A stretch of DNA of 64,000 bases from Pirellulales bacterium (lineage in GTDB: Bacteria; Planctomycetota; Planctomycetia; Pirellulales; JAICIG01). The stretch spans positions 330,599 to 394,598 of the forward strand of contig JBBDYJ010000010.1 of assembly GCA_040901675.1 (NCBI GenBank), given 5' to 3'. Each line of letters opens with the position of its first letter. Within the stretch, counting starts at the first letter, position 1. This document shows, one piece after another, positions 59,264 to 64,000 of the stretch. Both the position numbers and the translations under genes were made by a program. The notes under the pieces were generated by a model that saw only the letters and a program-made list of their open reading frames with translations, was not told the DNA's origin and ran no database searches.

Positions 59264-60286
59264 GTGGGCTATCTCGTCGGAACGGACGAAGCCGGCTACG
59301 CTCCCAACTTGGGACCGCTGGTGATCTCGGCCACCGTCTGGCGCGTCCCCGGCGACCCGTGCGGCGTCGACCTCTACAAGCTGCTGCGCAAAGTCGTGGC
59401 GCGGACCCCGCCCGCTCGGCCCCGGCAAGTTCGAGAGGCAGTGAACGGTCAGGCGGCGCCGGCCCGCCGGCCGAGGGCCCGCCCGATCAAGGCCCGCCTC
59501 GCCGATTCCAAGGTCTTGTACAGACCACCGGGCGGCCTGGCGGCCTTGGAACTCGGGCTGCTCTCGTGCCTGGCCCTTTTGGGCCAGCGGCCGGCCACCT
59601 GGCGCGAGCTGTGGCAACTGCTCGACGGCCAGTCGGCCGCCGCGCTCGGATCGCTTCCCTGGCATCTCGATTACGACTGCCCGTTGCCGCTGGAAGCGGA
59701 CCTGTCGCAGATCGATGCGGTGGCCCAGGCGCTTGGCGGCGGAGTGGAGGCGGCCGGCGTTCGCCTGCTGGCCATCCGGAGCCGGGCGGTGTTTCCCGAT
59801 CGCTTCAACCGGCTGACCGACGAGCATGGCAACAAGGCCAACGCGCTCTCCTGGCTCACGCTCGACCTTTTGTCCGGCGTCCTCTCGATGCTCGACGGCG
59901 AACCGGTGGCCGTGATCTGCGACAAGCATGGCGGCCGCAACGATTACCGCGCGCTCTTGCAAAACCAGGTGGCCGACTGCGTGGTCGAGGTGTATGCCGA
60001 GGGCCGCAACCAGAGCGTATACCGCTGGGGCGCTGACCAGCAGCGCACCGAAGTGCTGTTCTGTGCCAAGGGCGAGCGTTTTCTGCCGGCGGCCCTGGCT
60101 TCGATGGCTTCGAAGTACTTGCGCGAGCTGTCGATGCGGGCCTTCAATCATTACTGGTGCCGCCACGTTCCGCAGCTTCGCCCGACCGCCGGTTATCCCA
60201 CCGATGCAGGCCGTTTCATGGCCGACATCGCCGCCGCCCGCGCCTCCCTTGGCATCGAAGACCAAATCCTCTGGAGAAACCGCTGA
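59264..60286 (+). CDS. Ribonuclease HII-like protein
   Basis: GTDEAGY.P.LGPLV, DSK, CDKHGG, ALASMASK..R; AAGGAG RBS before GTG. Confidence 0.8.
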   Translation: MGYLVGTDEAGYAPNLGPLVISATVWRVPGDPCGVDLYKLLRKVVARTPPARPRQVREAVNGQAAPARRPRARPIKARLADSKVLYRPPGGLAALELGLLSCLALLGQRPATWRELWQLLDGQSAAALGSLPWHLDYDCPLPLEADLSQIDAVAQALGGGVEAAGVRLLAIRSRAVFPDRFNRLTDEHGNKANALSWLTLDLLSGVLSMLDGEPVAVICDKHGGRNDYRALLQNQVADCVVEVYAEGRNQSVYRWGADQQRTEVLFCAKGERFLPAALASMASKYLRELSMRAFNHYWCRHVPQLRPTAGYPTDAGRFMADIAAARASLGIEDQILWRNR

Positions 60287-60330
60287 AGAAGGCAGAAGGA
60301 CGAAGGAAGAAGAAGAAAGCAGCCGGAGAT

Positions 60331-60357
60331 GCCAGAATTCTGGCGAATTCTGCTGCA
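60331..60357 (-). repeat. REP-like family R3
   Basis: GCCAGAATTCTGGCGAATTCTGCTGCA on the + strand. Confidence 0.7.
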
Positions 60358-60383
60358 GAATAGCCGTATCGTGTAACATGCGG

Positions 60384-60421
60384 CAACTGGGGCACGCTAC
60401 CGCTTTGCCCCAGCCACCCGA
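60384..60421 (-). repeat. REP-like R1, empty copy
   Basis: CAACTGGGGCACGCTACCGCTTTGCCCCAGCCACCCGA on the + strand. Confidence 0.9.
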
Positions 60422-60488
60422 CGCCAGTCACCCGACTGTCTGACGCTATCCACCTTCTGCCTTCATCCTTCTGCCTTCTGCCTTTACT

Positions 60489-60977
60489 ATGCGCCTCTAC
60501 ATTGTCCGACATGCCTGGGCCGGTCAGCGTGGCGATCCTGAGTGGACCAACGACGACTTGCGCCCGCTGACCGAGAAGGGCCGCAAGCGCTTCAGGCGTT
60601 TTCTTGCGCTGCTTGTCGAGCGCGGCTTTGAACCGGCCCGCGTGGCGACCAGTCCGCTGGTCCGTTGCCGGCAAACGGCAGAGTTGATCCAGGCCATTGT
60701 CCCCGACAGGCCTGAGGTGGTCGAGCTCGAAGCGCTGGCCCCGGGGTCTCGATTGGGTCCGCTGGTCGAGTGGAGCCAGCAGCAGGACGGCATCGACCTG
60801 GCCTGGGTCGGCCATGCCCCTGACGTGGGCCGGTTGGCGGCCGAGTTGATCGGCGACGGGTCGGCCGGGATCGACCTGGGCAAGGGCGCCATCGCCGCCA
60901 TCGACTTCGCTGGTTCGCCGCGCCCCGGCGACGGCACTCTTGTTTGGCTGGTCACTCCCAAGCTCCTTGGCCGCTGA
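60489..60977 (+). CDS. sixA: Phosphohistidine phosphatase SixA
   Basis: LYIVRHA, RPLT..G, SPLVRCRQTA, VGHAP. Confidence 0.88.
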   Translation: MRLYIVRHAWAGQRGDPEWTNDDLRPLTEKGRKRFRRFLALLVERGFEPARVATSPLVRCRQTAELIQAIVPDRPEVVELEALAPGSRLGPLVEWSQQQDGIDLAWVGHAPDVGRLAAELIGDGSAGIDLGKGAIAAIDFAGSPRPGDGTLVWLVTPKLLGR

Positions 60978-60991
60978 CGCGGTTCCGCAAA

Positions 60992-61195
60992 GTAGCAGGC
61001 ACGTCAGAAGTCAGAAGTCAGAAGTCGGGGACAAGCTCAAGACGGGCAAGCTCAAGACGGACGACGAAAAAAGGATTGGCCAGGATAAGGCACGAAAACA
61101 AGACGTAGAACGGAATTCATTCCGTTGCCTTGGTCCCTCTGCCTTCTGCCCTCTGACCTCTGCTTTCTGACCTCTGCCTTCTGCCTTCTGCCTTC
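60992..61195. repeat. Mosaic repeat cluster
   Basis: R5 fragment, (CAGAAGT)3, duplicated AAGCTCAAGACGG, R4 REP (61105-61126), (YTCTGMC)n arm. Confidence 0.8.
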
Positions 61196-61252
61196 AAATT
61201 CCTCCTCCTGATACTTGCGGACGGCCGCGGCGGGCCAATAATACGCTTTCAT

Positions 61253-61948
61253 ATGGACGACAAAACCATCCGCGCCTACATCGCCGAGTTCCTGGGCACG
61301 TTCACGCTGGTGTTCGTGGGCACGGCCGTGGCCACGCTGCAGGGGCTGTACAATCATGGCCCGATTGGCTGGTTGGAAATCTCCTTTGCCTTCGGCTTCA
61401 CGCTGATGGTCATGGTCTGGGTGATCGGCCCGGCCTCGGGCTGCCACATCAACCCCGCCGTTACAATCCCCATGGCCCTTTCCGGCCGGATGCCTTGGTC
61501 GAAGGTGCCCGGCTACGTGATCGGCCAGTGCCTGGGCGCTTTGGCGGCCAGCGGCGTGTTGCTGGCCCTGCTCAAGGGCCTCCCCACTTACAACCTGGCC
61601 ACCCATGGCCTGGGCGCCAACGCCAACCCCCAGCAGATGACTGTGCCGTCGCTGTTCATCTGGGAAGTGCTGTTGACCGCGCTGTTCGTGATGACCATCT
61701 TCACCACCACGCGCAAAGACGCCATCCGCGGCTTCGAGGCCTGGGCGATCGGCGGTTTCTTGTTTGTCGCGCATCTGGTCGGCGCCCAGCTCGGCGATTC
61801 GTCGCTCAACCCCGCCCGCAGCCTCGGGCCCGCGATTTTTCAGGGCGGCGACGCGCTGGCCGCCCTCTGGATCTTTATCGCGGCCCCGCTCGTCGGCGGC
61901 ATCGTCGGCTGGCGATTGTTCGCCTTGATGTACGAGGAAAAACCCTAG
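61253..61948 (+). CDS. Aquaporin (MIP family)
   Basis: AEFLGT, SGCHINPAVT, SLNPARSLGPA. Confidence 0.95.
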   Translation: MDDKTIRAYIAEFLGTFTLVFVGTAVATLQGLYNHGPIGWLEISFAFGFTLMVMVWVIGPASGCHINPAVTIPMALSGRMPWSKVPGYVIGQCLGALAASGVLLALLKGLPTYNLATHGLGANANPQQMTVPSLFIWEVLLTALFVMTIFTTTRKDAIRGFEAWAIGGFLFVAHLVGAQLGDSSLNPARSLGPAIFQGGDALAALWIFIAAPLVGGIVGWRLFALMYEEKP

Positions 61949-61981
61949 CTCCCACCGGCCCGTCCTGCCCCGGAGGGGCGC

Positions 61982-62064
61982 CGGGGGCCTGGGGCAAAGC
62001 GGACTTCGGACTTCGGCGAGCTCAGTCGAGTCGCGAGCTCAGTCGAGTCGTAGCGTGCCCCAGT
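61982..62064 (+). repeat. REP-like R1 with doubly nested 24-bp insert
   Basis: Outer insert 62002-62049, inner insert 62009-62032; identical 48 bp to 52883-52930. Confidence 0.92.
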
Positions 62065-62141
62065 CTTCGTCCGTCTCGTCCCTTCCCCCCTTCCCCTCAT
62101 CGCCTCATCGCCCCCTCGGTCTTTCTCGCCCTTTCCGGCCG

Positions 62142-62582
62142 TCAGGGCTTGAGGTGCATTCGCTCAATACGCTCAGCGTGGTCGCGAATGCCGGTTCTCA
62201 CGGTTGACCGAAGCGGCTCCTGGTCGCAGTCAGCGAGGATGGCGAAAACCTTCTTCGCTGTCGCAACACGCTGCCTTGCGAATGCGGCTGTACCGAATCG
62301 GGCCTCCTCCACGTCGTAGTCGGCGTGGTTACGGTCGCCGCGGAGATTGTCCAAGAGTTGGCCGGCGATTGCCGCTGTCGGATCCCCAGCGTTTTGCAGC
62401 AGAATCGGGATCTTGGCGTGCTTGTTGGTGCCGCGAGGCAGTTGCACACCGAATTGAATGACCAGGTCGGTGGCCTGGTGGAGGGAGGCGTAGTACGCTC
62501 TGCTAACGGCAGTTCGGAGACGAGCCTCATCCGTCGCCGTTTCCAGCTCGCTGGCGAGCTGGAGGAAGTCTACGGCGTTCAT
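62142..62582 (-). CDS. HEPN domain protein
   Basis: RTAVSRAYYASLH and LRGDRNHADY motifs. Confidence 0.85.
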   Translation of the reverse strand: MNAVDFLQLASELETATDEARLRTAVSRAYYASLHQATDLVIQFGVQLPRGTNKHAKIPILLQNAGDPTAAIAGQLLDNLRGDRNHADYDVEEARFGTAAFARQRVATAKKVFAILADCDQEPLRSTVRTGIRDHAERIERMHLKP

Positions 62583-62881
62583 GCTTGAGGTTCGATGGAG
62601 AGGCGGAAAACGCCAGGCAGATTCAGACTGGACACCTGGCGGCACCACTCCAGCTCTCGTTCGAGCACGCCCTCATCGGATCCGCTGGCTCTCACGCGGA
62701 AAACGATGCGAAAGTCGTCCGGTATTTCCGGGTCGTCTTCAATGGAGACTGTGCACGCGCCGGGAAAAAGCTTGCCCGTGGCTTCGACGACCGCCTTATA
62801 GGGAGCCGCCAAGCCGAGCCTTTCGGCGGCCAGTGCCGGGTCGTCCAGGAGCTGCTTGATCGTTTCATCCAGAACGGACAT
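62579..62881 (-). CDS. Hypothetical acidic protein, HEPN partner
   Basis: ATGA overlap with the HEPN gene; IEDDPEIPDD. Confidence 0.7.
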   Translation of the reverse strand: MSVLDETIKQLLDDPALAAERLGLAAPYKAVVEATGKLFPGACTVSIEDDPEIPDDFRIVFRVRASGSDEGVLERELEWCRQVSSLNLPGVFRLSIEPQA

Positions 62882-63121
62882 AGAACGACGAGCCTTGGAA
62901 CGGGCGTGACACGGAGGCCGCTACTGCAGCCGAGTTTCCCAGACTGCGGGCCGAAAAGCAACACGTCGCCTCGTCCGTCTCCCCCCTTCTCCTCATCGCC
63001 CCCTCGTTCTTTCCGCCCGCCCGTCTCCCCTTGTCCCCTTGTCGCCTTGTCCCCTTGTCGTGCCCCCCCCGCCCCCCCGCTTGACCCTCATGGGCGCCCG
63101 GCAACAATACAGTGCCACCAG

Positions 63122-63178
63122 GGTGGTCCACTCCGCTCCGCGAGTGGCGTAAGGTGGTCCACTCGCTCCGCGAGTGGT
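63122..63178 (+). repeat. Tandem REP-like pair
   Basis: GGTGGTCCACT(C)CGCTCCGCGAGTGG twice. Confidence 0.8.
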
Positions 63179-63218
63179 CTGGATCGACAGTGATGTGACC
63201 TCAAGGGAAAAACTCAAC

Positions 63219-63410
63219 ATGCATCGTGTAACGCTGCGAAGTGCGGCCCTGCTCGGCCTGGCTGTCCTCGCCGGCTGCAACCGGGCGGTCCCTCCCCCCG
63301 CCGCTCGTCCCGTCCAGGCCACCGAGCAGGACAAAAAGGACCTGGTCGAGTTCATGAAGGCCTGCACCGGCGACTTGCCGCGGGTCGAACGCGGCCGGTT
63401 GCCCAAGTAA
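63219..63410 (+). CDS. Small lipoprotein (63 aa)
   Basis: Basic N-region, hydrophobic core, lipobox LAGC. Confidence 0.6.
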   Translation: MHRVTLRSAALLGLAVLAGCNRAVPPPAARPVQATEQDKKDLVEFMKACTGDLPRVERGRLPK

Positions 63411-63429
63411 TGTCCGCACGGAAACTACC

Positions 63430-63813
63430 TTGAACGAAGACGAGTTGTACCAGGACCACATCCTGGACCATTTCGAAGACCCGTTTCACCGGGGACGCCT
63501 GGCCGGGGCCACGCACGCTCACGAGGACGACAACCCGCTCTGCGGCGATTCTGTCCACATCGACCTGGCCATCGACGACCAGGGGCGGATCGCCGAGGCC
63601 TGGTTCGACGGCGACGGCTGCTGCATCAGCCAGGCCGCCGCCTCGATGCTGGTCCAGCGCGTCGAGGGCCGCCACGTCGACGAGGTCCGCGGCTTCTCCG
63701 CCGACGACATGCTCGCCCTGTTCCGCGCCCGCTTGACCCCCAACCGCCAAAAATGCTGCCTGCTCTGCTGGAAGGTGCTGCAGGCCGCCATCTATTCGCC
63801 GAGGCGGCCATGA
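63430..63813 (+). CDS. sufU: SufU/IscU-like Fe-S assembly protein
   Basis: ILDH..P, NPLCGD, GCCISQAAAS, RQKC. Confidence 0.9.
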   Translation: MNEDELYQDHILDHFEDPFHRGRLAGATHAHEDDNPLCGDSVHIDLAIDDQGRIAEAWFDGDGCCISQAAASMLVQRVEGRHVDEVRGFSADDMLALFRARLTPNRQKCCLLCWKVLQAAIYSPRRP

Positions 63814-64000
63814 CTGCCAGCAAGACTGCTACGACCACGCTGCGGCCGCTCGATCCCCAGGCCTTGCGGGCCGATTTCCCGATCCTGGCCAGCGTCTTGC
63901 ACGGCAACATGCCACTGGCCTACTTGGACAACGCGGCCACGACGCAGCGGCCGCGGCAAGTGATCCAGACGCTGGTTGACGTCTACGAGAAGCAATACGC
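63810..64000 (+). CDS. sufS: SufS-type cysteine desulfurase (5' part, runs off the window)
   Basis: RADFPIL...YLDNAATTQRP; ATGA overlap with sufU. Confidence 0.9.
   Translation, partial: MTASKTATTTLRPLDPQALRADFPILASVLHGNMPLAYLDNAATTQRPRQVIQTLVDVYEKQY

Overview
High-GC bacterial chromosome segment, most likely from a planctomycete (inferred from DUF11/OmcB-like, DUF4058, DUF1080, CP-GH zinc-ribbon proteins and the rpe-accD-Ser/Thr kinase arrangement). It holds about 58 CDSs of mixed housekeeping and accessory function (lemA/M48 protease, larC, panB, scpB, rpe, accD, sppA, an S1-domain protein, an ECF sigma factor, sixA, an aquaporin, sufU/sufS and a sugar-catabolism cluster). I saw no tRNA, rRNA, CRISPR array or transposase. 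The intergenic DNA is rich in several REP-like miniature repeat families. The most notable observations are: (1) a 24-bp hairpin that inserts at CG^G inside a REP host and also inside itself, seen as empty, single and doubly nested copies, two of which are translated in frame inside a protein; (2) a pseudo-receiver protein whose C-terminus resembles the KaiA/RsbU-N helical domain, with no kaiB or kaiC in the window; (3) inverted heptamer-repeat arms bracketing variable cargo, including a four-helix-bundle gene; (4) a promoter-led G-U-rich hairpin that may be an sRNA; (5) two toxin-antitoxin-like gene pairs. All family assignments are by eye from motifs; no database searches were run.
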